From Actinomycetota bacterium (lineage in GTDB: Bacteria > Actinomycetota > Actinomycetes > S36-B12 > UBA5976): a DNA stretch of 64,000 nt. The notes below the pieces were generated by a model. It worked only from the letters and a program-made list of their open reading frames with translations. It searched no databases and was not told where the DNA came from. The stretch lies in NCBI GenBank assembly GCA_026392515.1, contig JAPLBY010000021.1:4606-68605 (forward strand). The letters run 5' to 3'. A program made the position numbers and the translations under genes. Positions 1 to 9,952 of the stretch are shown here, one piece after another (within the stretch, counting starts at the first letter, position 1; each line of letters opens with the position of its first letter).

Positions 1-273
1 ACTAAAGACATTCCACTAACGAACTTTCTTGGCTGGTTTTTATCTACCGCACTGATTTTTACTTTGCTTTCCATTGCACTAAAACCAAAGCAATCTGAAA
101 TTTCTAACGCAACGCCATACGCGCTAGTGCTCTGGGTGTGGCTCGGCAGCTTCTTGGTGAACATAGTTCCGGTTTCCCCATTTTTTAATCAACCTGTTGT
201 CGCCATAACCGGGTTTATCGGCATGGGAATTGTTCTGATTCCATGGTCGTGGATGCTATGGCAACGACGTTAA
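1..273 (+). CDS. Carotenoid biosynthesis protein, CruF/DUF422-like 1',2'-hydratase (5'-truncated by window edge)
   Basis: Frame is open from base 1 (TKDIPLTNFLGWFLST...). The P-x-x-N-F-x-G-W motif and hydrophobic helices are typical of the CruF/DUF422 C-terminus. It lies directly upstream of a GT2 and a CrtI-family gene. Confidence 0.7.
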   Translation, partial: TKDIPLTNFLGWFLSTALIFTLLSIALKPKQSEISNATPYALVLWVWLGSFLVNIVPVSPFFNQPVVAITGFIGMGIVLIPWSWMLWQRR

Positions 274-1352
274 TCATTGTTGCAGTAGGTACCTCGTTAC
301 TGCTCACCGTTAATTCAGTTATCAATCACTTTGCTTTGATTAGACCAAAGCCAGCTCGCATTACCTCAAGAGTTGCAATTCTGATTCCAGCTCGTAATGA
401 AGAAAGCTCAATCACTTCCGCAGTGCAAAGCGTGCTCAATCAGGAGTTACTAGATCAGTTTGAAGTTGTGGTCTTGAATGACGGTTCAACTGATGCCACA
501 GCCGAAAAGTTATCAGCATTGACGCATCCCAAGTTACGGGTGATCAATGGCGAGCCCGAGTTACCACAGGGCTGGTTGGGTAAGAACTGGGCTTGTCATC
601 GACTTTCCGAAAGTGTTGATGCTGACTTCTTTGTTTTTATCGATAGTGATGTGACTCTGGAACCATTGGCGGTAGCAAGTGCAATTAATGCGCTTACCGA
701 GAACAATCTTCACTTAGTCAGCCCTTATCCCCGGCAGCTGGCACCAACATTGCTAGCGCAAATTGTGCAGCCATTGTTGCAGTGGTCATGGCTGACTACC
801 GTGCCATTGCGAACTACTCGGCTATCACTTCGACCGAGCTTGGCTGTGGCTAACGGTCAATTTCTAGTCTGTAGAGCAGATTCATATGTAGTCAGTGGTG
901 GTCATAAGGAAATCAAAAGCGAAGTCCTTGATGACATTGAATTGCTTAGATCGTTTTATCGAAATGGATTTACTGGTTCTGTAATTGATGGATCTGAGAT
1001 CGCAACCTGCAAAATGTATGAAACCAACCAGGACTTGATCTCTGGATACGCAAAGAGTCTTTGGAATGCATTCGGCGGTCCGATTGGTTCACTATTTGTA
1101 AACACCTTCTTCTTATTCGTTTACATATTTCCGCTCACCGGATTGTTTACTGGGCAAATGCCACTAGCTCTCCTGGGACTAATTAGTGGCATTGTGGGTC
1201 GCCTAATTAGCGCAAAAACTGCAAGTGGCAGATTGTTGCCTGATTCATTGCTTCATCCAATTTCAATCCTGGCTTTTAGCCTGCTCAACTTAGTTTCTTG
1301 GTGGCGACATCTAATGGGAACTAACACTTGGAAATCCAGGGACCTAAAGTAG
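258..1352 (+). CDS. Glycosyltransferase family 2, probable carotenoid glycosyltransferase (CruG/CrtQ-like)
   Basis: Motifs ILIPARNEE, LNDGSTD, GWLGKNWAC, FIDSD (DxD) and EVLDDIEL, plus C-terminal TM helices and carotenoid context. The start may be 243 or 258. Confidence 0.8.
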   Translation: MATTLIIVAVGTSLLLTVNSVINHFALIRPKPARITSRVAILIPARNEESSITSAVQSVLNQELLDQFEVVVLNDGSTDATAEKLSALTHPKLRVINGEPELPQGWLGKNWACHRLSESVDADFFVFIDSDVTLEPLAVASAINALTENNLHLVSPYPRQLAPTLLAQIVQPLLQWSWLTTVPLRTTRLSLRPSLAVANGQFLVCRADSYVVSGGHKEIKSEVLDDIELLRSFYRNGFTGSVIDGSEIATCKMYETNQDLISGYAKSLWNAFGGPIGSLFVNTFFLFVYIFPLTGLFTGQMPLALLGLISGIVGRLISAKTASGRLLPDSLLHPISILAFSLLNLVSWWRHLMGTNTWKSRDLK

Positions 1353-1356
1353 GGCT

Positions 1357-2853
1357 GTGGCAAACATCATCGTTATCGGCGCCGGCATGGGTGGTATGGC
1401 TTGCGCGGCCAGACTTGCCAGCAAAGGTCACTCCGTCCAAGTTCTGGAACACAATGAAACCTGGGGTGGCAAACTCGGTTCTGTCGAACATGGCGGCTAC
1501 AAGTTTGATACTGGGCCAAGTCTGTTAACTCTGCCTGCGGTTTACCGGGATCTGTTTCTAAAGACTGGCGCAGCCCTGGAAGACTCCATCGAAATTGTCG
1601 ATTTGGAAACCGCATTCCGATATCAGTTTGCTGACGGCACCATTTTGAAGATGCCAGGTACTGGGATTGGACGATGTGCTGAAGCGATCGGCGATTGCTT
1701 AGGCGGCGATAGCGCCGACCAATGGCGAGCGTTCATGCGACGAGCCGCTCAAATGTGGTCAGTAACTAGAAAGCCGTTTTTGGAATCTGAACTCCATGGC
1801 TTAAAGAGTTTGCTGGCTTTGTCGTGGCGCCTAAATGACATTAAGACGATTGCTCCGACAAAAACCCTGCGTGACATGGCTAACCACTACTTGGACGATC
1901 CACGTTTGATTACCTTGGTTGATCGCTATGCCACTTACACCGGTTCAGATCCGCGGCAAGCACCAGCGGCACTTGCAACAGTTCCTTACATTGAGCAAAT
2001 GTTTGGTGCCTATCACGTGAGCGGCGGACTTCGAGAACTTGGCCGCGCACTATTTGAGCGTGCTACCACCATTGGGGTGAAGTTTGAGTTTGGTTGCACC
2101 GTGGCAAACATTGCAACTGAGCCAAAAGTTTCAGGCGTGACCCTTGCAGATGGCCGCTTTATTTCGGCTGACATTGTTGTGGCAAATGCGGATGCATCAA
2201 ACGTTTACCAACACTTACTAAGTCCGTCAGCACAACAACAAACCTCTACAGCCAGGAAGTCGCTAGCAAAGGCAACTCCGTCGCTTTCTGGCTTTGTGAT
2301 TTTGCAAGCTATGTCAGGCAAAACTGCAGACTTTGAACACCACAACGTATTCTTTCCAGGAGATTACGATGACGAATTTGATTCAGTCTTTGGAATTGGC
2401 AAGAAGCCATCTCCTGTTGCCGATCCGACTATTTACATCTGCTCCCCTAACGACGCAAAGATGACACCAGCTGGAAACGAATCTTGGTTTATGTTGATTA
2501 ATGCGCCGCGCCACGATCCGGCTAAAGGTGTTGATTGGGCAAATTCAGAACTTACAGCGTCGTACACCAATCAAATTCTTTCCACACTTTCAAAGCGTGG
2601 AATTGAAACCAGTGATCGAATCATGTGGCAACAAACCATTACTCCGGCTGAACTTGAGCAAAACACTTTGGCGCCAGGTGGGGCAATTTATGGCACATCA
2701 AGTAACGGCATGCGATCTGCTTTTCTTCGCCCTGAGAACGTAACGAAGATTCCAAATTTGTATCTTGTCGGTGGCTCATCTCATCCCGGTGGAGGTTTGC
2801 CATTGGTTGGCATGTCAGCTGAGATAGTTGCCAGACACATTGGTCGAGCCTAA
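1357..2853 (+). CDS. Phytoene desaturase-family protein, probable hydroxycarotenoid 3,4-desaturase (CrtD-like)
   Basis: N-terminal GAGMGG Rossmann motif, FDTGPSLLT, and C-terminal GGSSHPGGGLPLV. It is one of two CrtI paralogues and follows cruF/GT2, which is the usual position of CrtD. Confidence 0.75.
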   Translation: MANIIVIGAGMGGMACAARLASKGHSVQVLEHNETWGGKLGSVEHGGYKFDTGPSLLTLPAVYRDLFLKTGAALEDSIEIVDLETAFRYQFADGTILKMPGTGIGRCAEAIGDCLGGDSADQWRAFMRRAAQMWSVTRKPFLESELHGLKSLLALSWRLNDIKTIAPTKTLRDMANHYLDDPRLITLVDRYATYTGSDPRQAPAALATVPYIEQMFGAYHVSGGLRELGRALFERATTIGVKFEFGCTVANIATEPKVSGVTLADGRFISADIVVANADASNVYQHLLSPSAQQQTSTARKSLAKATPSLSGFVILQAMSGKTADFEHHNVFFPGDYDDEFDSVFGIGKKPSPVADPTIYICSPNDAKMTPAGNESWFMLINAPRHDPAKGVDWANSELTASYTNQILSTLSKRGIETSDRIMWQQTITPAELEQNTLAPGGAIYGTSSNGMRSAFLRPENVTKIPNLYLVGGSSHPGGGLPLVGMSAEIVARHIGRA

Positions 2854-2860
2854 CTTCTAT

Positions 2861-3502
2861 CTATTTCTTTAATTGCTTTCGATAAACCCGAAGCAGCATT
2901 GCAAAACTTAATAGACCTAGAAATATCCAAACTAAAGTTGCGATGTTAGCCAACTGGGTAACTTTCTCAGGGAGCAAACCTGCCGCGAACAGGAACATTA
3001 CGCCAAGTGCAATCCGAGTTGGCTTCTCCGCAGGTGTAATCACTCCAACTTCGCGATATCCAATTCCACTAGCTTTAGCTCGCATGTATTCATGAATTAA
3101 TGCGATCGAGATGGCAAGCACAGCTAGTTCAACGGGTGCACCTAACACAATCAACAAAATGCCAATTCCGACATCAATCAATCGATCCACAATTCCGTCT
3201 AAGAATGCACCCCAAGAACTAGTTTTTGAAGTTCTAACTGCGACGATGCCATCAAAACTGTCGACTAATCCAACAACCAGCACGGTAATGCTGGCAAGGA
3301 AATAGTTTCGATTTGGCGACGATGCAAAATATATTGCAGCACCCATCAGTACTGGCCCAAATGCCGTGATCAGGTTTGGATTGAACTTGGTTAATGGCGT
3401 TGAAAGGAAGAATGCGATCCGAAGCCAAACTCGAACCAAGCCCTTTGGACTCTGGGTGCCATGAAGCTGCGCCCAGGCGACCAAATACTCGGCAAACGTC
3501 AT
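2861..3502 (-). CDS. CDP-alcohol phosphatidyltransferase family protein
   Basis: PNLIT plus DxxDGxxAxxxxxxSxxGAFLDxxxDR signature (VDSFDGIVAVRTSKTSSWGAFLDGIVDR) in a multi-TM protein. Confidence 0.85.
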   Translation of the reverse strand: MTFAEYLVAWAQLHGTQSPKGLVRVWLRIAFFLSTPLTKFNPNLITAFGPVLMGAAIYFASSPNRNYFLASITVLVVGLVDSFDGIVAVRTSKTSSWGAFLDGIVDRLIDVGIGILLIVLGAPVELAVLAISIALIHEYMRAKASGIGYREVGVITPAEKPTRIALGVMFLFAAGLLPEKVTQLANIATLVWIFLGLLSFAMLLRVYRKQLKK

Positions 3503-3563
3503 GTGACCATTGTTGTACCTAACCTAAAGTGCAAGAACTGGACCCAACCAATACCCTGAACTA

Positions 3564-4631
3564 GTGGGAATTAATCCGTTAGATGCCAACGATCTGCGCG
3601 TGCGCATTCAGGCCAATCTTGATGCTTTTGTGGCTGATCACAGATCGCTAATGACAGCAGTTTCCCCAGATACCTTGCCCCTACTTGAGTCACTTGAAGG
3701 ACTTTTGGTTGGCGGCAAGCGGTTACGCCCAGCATTTGCCTATTGGGGCTTTCAAGCCGCTGGTGGTCAAGATTCAGATGAGGTTCTGCGGGCCTGCGCA
3801 AGTTTAGAATTCCTGCAAGCCTGCGCACTGATCCATGACGATGTTATGGATGCAAGTGATACCCGACGCGGAAAACCAGCAATCCACAAACAGTTTGAAG
3901 CGCTACACAATACAAATAGCTGGAATGGTTCCGCCAAACTATTTGGTGAGGGCTCAGCAATTTTGGTTGGCGACTTGGCGTTGTCGTGGGCCGACGAAAT
4001 GTTGCTTACGAGCGGACTAAGTAATGATCAACTTCTTCGCGCCAAAACAATTTACGACATCATGCGAACTGAACTTATGAGCGGGCAGTACCTAGACCTG
4101 CTTGAGCAAGTGCGTGGTGGCATAACTCATGAACGAGCCGAAACTGTGATTCGTTTCAAAAGCGCAAAATACACAATCGAGCGACCCTTACATCTAGGCG
4201 CTGCAATTGCTGGCGCTAATCCAGAACTAAACCAAGTCCTAAGTGATTACGGATTAGCACTTGGCGAGGCGTTCCAGTTGCGAGATGACTTGCTTGGAGT
4301 TTTTGGCGATAGTTCAGTAACTGGAAAACCAGCTGGAGATGACTTGCGCGAAGGTAAGCAAACCATGCTCATTGCTTTTGCTAACACAAATGCCAATGTT
4401 GAAGCTAAGAAATACCTATCTGAAAACCTGGGTGATCCAGATCTATCCAGCGATGCGATCACAAAACTTCAAGATATTCTTGTAAGTTGCGGTGCCCAAG
4501 ACTTTGTTGAGAATCGAATTTCCGATTATCTTGCGAAGTCACTTTCTGCACTTGATTCGCTCGCCAGCGCGTCTGAACCTAAATCTGCATTAACCGAACT
4601 CGCGATTCTCGCTACTAAACGAACGGCATAA
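3564..4631 (+). CDS. crtE: Geranylgeranyl diphosphate synthase (polyprenyl synthetase)
   Basis: Motifs GGKRLRP, first aspartate-rich motif LIHDDVMD, RRG, and second motif FQLRDDLLG. Confidence 0.9.
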   Translation: MGINPLDANDLRVRIQANLDAFVADHRSLMTAVSPDTLPLLESLEGLLVGGKRLRPAFAYWGFQAAGGQDSDEVLRACASLEFLQACALIHDDVMDASDTRRGKPAIHKQFEALHNTNSWNGSAKLFGEGSAILVGDLALSWADEMLLTSGLSNDQLLRAKTIYDIMRTELMSGQYLDLLEQVRGGITHERAETVIRFKSAKYTIERPLHLGAAIAGANPELNQVLSDYGLALGEAFQLRDDLLGVFGDSSVTGKPAGDDLREGKQTMLIAFANTNANVEAKKYLSENLGDPDLSSDAITKLQDILVSCGAQDFVENRISDYLAKSLSALDSLASASEPKSALTELAILATKRTA

Positions 4632-4633
4632 AA

Positions 4634-6166
4634 ATGAGTAACTTTTCAAGATGGATCCCTGGATCGCCACGAACCGTAACTGGAAAAACCGATGATGTAG
4701 TTATTGTTGGGGCCGGACTAGCAGGCCTATCGGCTGCCATGCGATTGGCTGGTGCTGGTCGCAACGTAACTGTCATCGAACGCGAAAGCATTCCAGGTGG
4801 CAGAGCTGGGCGAATTAGCGACCGAGGCTTTGAATTCGATACCGGACCAACTGTTTTGACTATGCCAGATTTGATTGCTGATGCTTTTGATTGCCTTGGC
4901 GAAAATATGAACGACTGGCTGACATTAGAACCAGTTGCTCCCCTTTATCGAGCTTTCTATCAAGATGGCAGCGTATTAGATGTTCACTCTGATACCGCTG
5001 CGATGGCAGCTGAGATTGAAAAAGTCATTGGTGCCAGTGAGGCAGACGGCTACTTAAAGTATGTGGATTTTGTTACCGAGCTTTATAAGTACGAAATGAA
5101 GAATTTCATTGATCGGAATATCGATTCGCCATTGGATCTATTGTCAATGGATTTGGTTCGATTGATAAAGCTCGGTGGGTTTAGAAAGTTAGCGCCGAAA
5201 GTTGGTCAATATCTTAAAGATGATCGCACCCAGCGAGTGTTTTCGTTTCAATCTATGTACGCGGGACTTTCGCCATATGACGCACTAGCTATCTATGCAG
5301 TAATTGCATACATGGATTCAGTTGCTGGAGTATTCGCCCCCAAGGGTGGCATGCACGCACTTCCAGTTGCGATGGCTAAAGCTGCAGCAAAGCATGGCGT
5401 TACCTTCAAGTACGACACCGAAGTAACAAAAGTTCGAATGAACGGCAATCGTGCCACTGGAGTAGAAACTAGCACTGGTGAGTTTTTCGCAGCAGATGTT
5501 GTCGTGCTAAATCCAGATCTACCTGTTGCATACCGCGACTTACTCGGTAAAGAACCGTGGAGTGTTAAGCGACTTAAGTACTCGCCGTCTTGCTACTTGT
5601 TACTTGCTGGTTCATCGGCAAAGTATGACCACATTGCACATCACAACATTCACTTTGGTCATAGTTGGGCTGGCGTCTTTGAGGAATTGATTGACAAGAA
5701 GCAGTTGATGTCAGATCCGAGTGTTCTCGTCACTAATCCAACTTATAGTGATCCAGGCTTAGCGCCAGATGGCAAGCAGGTTTATTACGTGCTCTTCCCT
5801 ACTCCAAACCTTGATGCTGACATTGACTGGAACAAGCAAGCACCTGCGTATCGCGACCATGCAATTGAAACTTTGCAGGCTCGTGGCTACACCGGATTTG
5901 GCGATGCCATTGAAGTTGAGCACATCACGACTCCACAAGACTGGTCAGATCGTGGCATGGAACGTGGTGCACCGTTTGCCGCAGCTCACTCATTCTTACA
6001 AACTGGACCATTCCGTCCGGGAAATATGTTCGGTGAAAATGTTGTGTTTACTGGATCAGGAACTCAGCCTGGTGTTGGAGTGCCAATGGTCTTAGTGTCT
6101 GGACGATTAGCTGCTGAGCGTATTACTGGTCCCGACAAGACTTATGTATCGCGTGCGCGACGTTAA
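4634..6166 (+). CDS. crtI: Phytoene desaturase
   Basis: Motifs GAGLAG, FDTGPTVLTMP and C-terminal GSGTQPGVGVPMVLVSG. Starts 2 nt after crtE. Confidence 0.9.
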   Translation: MSNFSRWIPGSPRTVTGKTDDVVIVGAGLAGLSAAMRLAGAGRNVTVIERESIPGGRAGRISDRGFEFDTGPTVLTMPDLIADAFDCLGENMNDWLTLEPVAPLYRAFYQDGSVLDVHSDTAAMAAEIEKVIGASEADGYLKYVDFVTELYKYEMKNFIDRNIDSPLDLLSMDLVRLIKLGGFRKLAPKVGQYLKDDRTQRVFSFQSMYAGLSPYDALAIYAVIAYMDSVAGVFAPKGGMHALPVAMAKAAAKHGVTFKYDTEVTKVRMNGNRATGVETSTGEFFAADVVVLNPDLPVAYRDLLGKEPWSVKRLKYSPSCYLLLAGSSAKYDHIAHHNIHFGHSWAGVFEELIDKKQLMSDPSVLVTNPTYSDPGLAPDGKQVYYVLFPTPNLDADIDWNKQAPAYRDHAIETLQARGYTGFGDAIEVEHITTPQDWSDRGMERGAPFAAAHSFLQTGPFRPGNMFGENVVFTGSGTQPGVGVPMVLVSGRLAAERITGPDKTYVSRARR

Positions 6167-6184
6167 GGCGCGTATTCTGAAGTA

Positions 6185-7720
6185 ATGCCAACTCGCCGGA
6201 TCTCAACAGACCCAGGTTGGTTTGGACTTTATGCACTTCCTGGCTTTCTTGGCTCAGCGTTTATTGCAATTGGCGGACTTGGTGTTGGCTGGTTTCCACT
6301 TTCGGCAGACATCTTGCAATGGAAATTTATCGATTTTGTCCAGACTGAAACTATCGGCCTTGCCCTAACTCGCTCATTTGTTGTTGTTGGGGCAGCGCTA
6401 ATCCTTCAGGTTTGGCTTGTGGTCGGAGTTGATGCGCTTCATGGAAAAATTCTGAGACTAGAGACGATCTACTTTTCACTTATTGCCTGGCTGCTGCCTT
6501 TGCTTGTTACACCACCGCTGTTTAGTCGGGATGTCTATTCATATTTCATGCAAGGCAAAATGCAGCTGGCTGGAAACAATCCTTACGAATCTGGCGTTTC
6601 AGTTGTTCCAGGCTGGTTTCAAAGTGGCGTAGATCCACTTTGGGGAGATGCACCAACGCCATATGGTCCAGTTTTTCTCCTAGTTGAAAAAGCCATAGCG
6701 GCTATAAGCCAAGATTCATCTCTCGTTGCGTCTTATCTATTTCGATTAACTTCACTTGCTGGTGTTGTTTTCATCTGCCTGAGCATTCCTTACCTAGCTA
6801 AGGCGCACGGCGTTAATCCAGTTTCCGCTGCCTGGATCGGCGTGATGAATCCACTAGTTCTTATGCACTTTGTTGCCGGCTCACACAACGATGCCTTGAT
6901 GGTTGGCCTGGTGTGCATCGCAATGGTGCTTGCATTGCGCGGTCACTTTGTTTCTGGTGTTGTCGTGGCCACTCTTGCACTTGGGATAAAACCAGTTGCT
7001 ATTGTTTTGCTGCCATTCTTAGCGCTAATCGCCGCCGGAAGTGGTGCGAGTTGGATAAGACGTGCCAAGTACGGAGCGATCGCAGGATTGATTGCCCTAT
7101 CCACACTCTTTATAACTTCAGCTTTAGCCGAGACTGGACCATTTGGTTGGATTGGATCACTGTCAACACCAGGCACTGTTAAAAGTTGGCTCTCTCCTAC
7201 CACTGCAATTGGAATGCTTATTGGTGGCCCAATCCGAATGCTTGGGTTCGGAAACGTTGTTGATACCTCAGTGGGAATTACTCGATTAATCGGATCCGTG
7301 ATTTTGGCAATCGTCTTAGTGCTACTGGTGGTACGTCCAGCTGGCCGAAGTGCGACTCGTGGTGTGGCACTTTCATTTGTCGCACTCGTAGTCCTTGGAC
7401 CAGTAGTCCAACCTTGGTACTTATTGTGGTCAATACCTTTGCTTGCTGTAACTGGACTAAGTCACAACCAAGTTCGCTTGATGGTGCTTGCGATTGCTGC
7501 ATTTACAATTCACGGGATCGCTAACTCGAGTGCAACTGCTGACACGTTCCTGGAGCTAAGTGATGGCATCGCAATGGTTTTAGCTGGCATAACGCTTGGA
7601 CTTGCCATGTTGACATCTACGGCTGAACGTTCCCTTATTTTGGGCGACAACACCGAACAAGATATGTTGCCAGCTTCAGCAGCTGAGATTGAATCAGCAC
7701 GAGAACGAGAATTGGCTTAG
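6185..7720 (+). CDS. Polyprenol-phosphomannose-dependent alpha-(1->6)-mannosyltransferase, MptA/MptB family
   Basis: Motifs PPLFSRDVYSY, PTPYGP, NPLVLMHFVAGSHNDALM and PWY in a polytopic membrane protein. Same synteny as mycobacterial idsA2-mptA-pknL. Confidence 0.85.
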   Translation: MPTRRISTDPGWFGLYALPGFLGSAFIAIGGLGVGWFPLSADILQWKFIDFVQTETIGLALTRSFVVVGAALILQVWLVVGVDALHGKILRLETIYFSLIAWLLPLLVTPPLFSRDVYSYFMQGKMQLAGNNPYESGVSVVPGWFQSGVDPLWGDAPTPYGPVFLLVEKAIAAISQDSSLVASYLFRLTSLAGVVFICLSIPYLAKAHGVNPVSAAWIGVMNPLVLMHFVAGSHNDALMVGLVCIAMVLALRGHFVSGVVVATLALGIKPVAIVLLPFLALIAAGSGASWIRRAKYGAIAGLIALSTLFITSALAETGPFGWIGSLSTPGTVKSWLSPTTAIGMLIGGPIRMLGFGNVVDTSVGITRLIGSVILAIVLVLLVVRPAGRSATRGVALSFVALVVLGPVVQPWYLLWSIPLLAVTGLSHNQVRLMVLAIAAFTIHGIANSSATADTFLELSDGIAMVLAGITLGLAMLTSTAERSLILGDNTEQDMLPASAAEIESARERELA

Positions 7721-7728
7721 CTGCATTA

Positions 7729-8172
7729 CTAGCCTTGGGAAAGTTCTGAAATTCCTGGGAATGATCCAACGGAATCACAAACTATGACCACGGCCGTGCG
7801 CTCTTGGCAAGCTAAATCCAAAGCCTCTGCAATTTCAAGAGCCGCTTGCGGATCAGTTTTTAACAGGTCCTGCCAGCCAGACCAACCTATGCAGGTGTTT
7901 CCAACCGGCTCTAATCCAGAAATTATGGTTTCAATTAATTGAGCAAGGGAGCTTCCAACCAAGTTTGGATTTGAAGTTTGATTAGCGACGACATCAATAA
8001 AGTCTTGGATCGACTTAACTGCGGAAGTATCAATCCAGATGCCATTCCAGGCAGCTAAATTTGTCTCGCCTTTGAATCCAGATTCGGTGAAGGTAACTTT
8101 CCAGCGCAAAACACCATTAAGTCTCTGAGCTTTGAGCATTGCAGCCAGTAAACCTGGGTTTGGAGCAGCCAC
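7729..8172 (-). CDS. Hypothetical protein with degenerate barstar-like domain
   Basis: The pattern IDTSAVKSIQDFIDVVA...GSSLAQLIETI...WSGWQDLLKTDPQAALEIAEAL resembles actinobacterial barstar-family proteins, but the G-x-N-L-D-A-L-x-D core is altered. Confidence 0.5.
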   Translation of the reverse strand: MAAPNPGLLAAMLKAQRLNGVLRWKVTFTESGFKGETNLAAWNGIWIDTSAVKSIQDFIDVVANQTSNPNLVGSSLAQLIETIISGLEPVGNTCIGWSGWQDLLKTDPQAALEIAEALDLACQERTAVVIVCDSVGSFPGISELSQG

Positions 8173-8302
8173 GTAATTCCTAACTGAACTTCACACACCT
8201 TGTGCAGATGTAACCCTACGCGCCACCAGACGAAATCTCGAATTTTGATCAAATTGCGGGTTGATGATCCAAGGCAAGGCTCAATTGCATATAGTTACCT
8301 CT

Positions 8303-9220
8303 GTGTCTAAACGTGATCTTGATGCCGCCGGAATCTTTGATCCAGCCCTGCGCGAATCCTATGAATTGTGTCGCCAGCTAAATGCTGAGCATGGCAAGAC
8401 TTACTATTTAGCAACACTGCTTCTACCTACTGCTAAGCGCCCATACGTTCACGCTCTTTACGGATTTGCCAGGTATGCAGATGAGATCGTGGATGATTTA
8501 GCTTCAACGCTCACTGAGTCTCAAAAAGCAGAACAGCTAAAGATTTGGGGCGATGATTTCTTAGCAAAATTCGATTCTGGTGAAACTAATGATCCAGTTT
8601 GCCTTGCAGTACTGGACACAGTTAGGCGTTGGAACATTCCCAGAGCGCACTTTGAGGCATTCTTACATTCGATGACCATGGATCTAACGGTCACTGAGTA
8701 CCAAACTTACGAAGATCTCTACAAATATGTTTATGGCTCCGCAGCTGTAATTGGATTGCAAATGGTTCCGATTTTGGAACCAACCAGTCAGGATGCATAC
8801 AAGCATGCGACCGAACTTGGTGTGGCATTTCAGCTAGCGAACTTCATTCGTGATGTAGGTGAAGATTTAGAACGAGGTCGGGTTTATCTCCCACTTGCCG
8901 AGCTTGCCCAGTTTGGCGTCACCAGGGCTGACCTAGAAGCCCGAATTGCTACTCCCCAAATCAAGGCAGCCTTAGAGTTTCAAGTTTCGCGAGTACGCCA
9001 ACTCGAAGAATCTTCTCGAGCCGGGATTGCAATGTTGGGTCAAGCTGGCCAGCCTTGCATCGAAACGGCGCGGATCCTTTACTGCGGAATTGTCGATGCC
9101 GTTGAAGGAATTGACTACGAAGTCTTCACCAAGCGTGCGACGGTCTCACTGGCACGACGACTGCAAGTGGCAATTCCTGCATACTTCCAAGCGCGAAAGT
9201 TATGGAAACGAACTACTTAA
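8303..9220 (+). CDS. crtB: Phytoene synthase
   Basis: Motifs HGKTYYLAT, LYGFARYADEIVD and FQLANFIRDVGED...GRVYLP. The probable GTG start at 8303 lies 7 nt after TATAGT; the ORF is open from 8261. Confidence 0.92.
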   Translation: MSKRDLDAAGIFDPALRESYELCRQLNAEHGKTYYLATLLLPTAKRPYVHALYGFARYADEIVDDLASTLTESQKAEQLKIWGDDFLAKFDSGETNDPVCLAVLDTVRRWNIPRAHFEAFLHSMTMDLTVTEYQTYEDLYKYVYGSAAVIGLQMVPILEPTSQDAYKHATELGVAFQLANFIRDVGEDLERGRVYLPLAELAQFGVTRADLEARIATPQIKAALEFQVSRVRQLEESSRAGIAMLGQAGQPCIETARILYCGIVDAVEGIDYEVFTKRATVSLARRLQVAIPAYFQARKLWKRTT

Positions 9221-9611
9221 TTCCGAGAAAGCGATGAACGCTTTTTCTTGGTGGCCCTGCCATTGGCTCACGTTGTATGCCCTTCTTGCCAAGCCATATC
9301 CAAATGATTAACGACAGCAATACGAGGCTAAACCCAAAGAGTAAATCCTCAATTGGGGCGTAAACCAGTCTTCCATCACCGATGAACGTCGGCGGTTCAT
9401 TTTGTGGTGTAGTTGAACCGATGATTGCAGCTCCGTCATATTCCACAATGCCGAAACCGGTCAATATTCCATTTGTGACCAATTGGAAGAAAATCACAAT
9501 TGAATATGAAACCCAAAAAACTCTTCGTCGGAGCAATTTCGTTTTGAAGACATAAAGATCCAAAACAATTGCGATCAAAACACCAAGTACTGCCAATTGC
9601 GTGTAAGTCAT
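9213..9611 (-). CDS. Lycopene cyclase domain protein (heterodimeric CrtYc/Yd-type subunit)
   Basis: Small TM protein with the APIEDLLFGF motif. Overlaps the partner subunit by 4 nt. Confidence 0.85.
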   Translation of the reverse strand: MTYTQLAVLGVLIAIVLDLYVFKTKLLRRRVFWVSYSIVIFFQLVTNGILTGFGIVEYDGAAIIGSTTPQNEPPTFIGDGRLVYAPIEDLLFGFSLVLLSLIIWIWLGKKGIQREPMAGPPRKSVHRFLGIK

Positions 9612-9952
9612 TTGGTTTCCTCATCCCCGGCTTCCCAGTTACGGGCGCTTCTTACTGCTTCAAAGGACAAAATTGCACAGATCGGAATCACAATGAAAAA
9701 CAAAATCTCATCAAGTGGAATATTTGCAACCGTAGTTATTCCGGTTACATAACGTGGGTCAAAAGTCCAGTGTCCTTGCGCGATCGCGTACGCATCCCAA
9801 ATTGAGAAAACTACAACCACCGGCAAAATCGTAAGAATTAAGCGAACCGCTCTTCGGTAAACCTTGGTGCGCAGAAAAAACTCAAGCCAAGCAGTTCCCA
9901 CAAGGCAGCCTAAAAGAACACTCAAATAGGCGAACTTCGACATGAGACTCAC
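9608..9952 (-). CDS. Lycopene cyclase domain protein (heterodimeric CrtYc/Yd-type subunit)
   Basis: WDAYAIAQGHWTF and IPLDEILFF are characteristic of CrtYc-type cyclase domains. Confidence 0.85.
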   Translation of the reverse strand: MSLMSKFAYLSVLLGCLVGTAWLEFFLRTKVYRRAVRLILTILPVVVVFSIWDAYAIAQGHWTFDPRYVTGITTVANIPLDEILFFIVIPICAILSFEAVRSARNWEAGDEETK

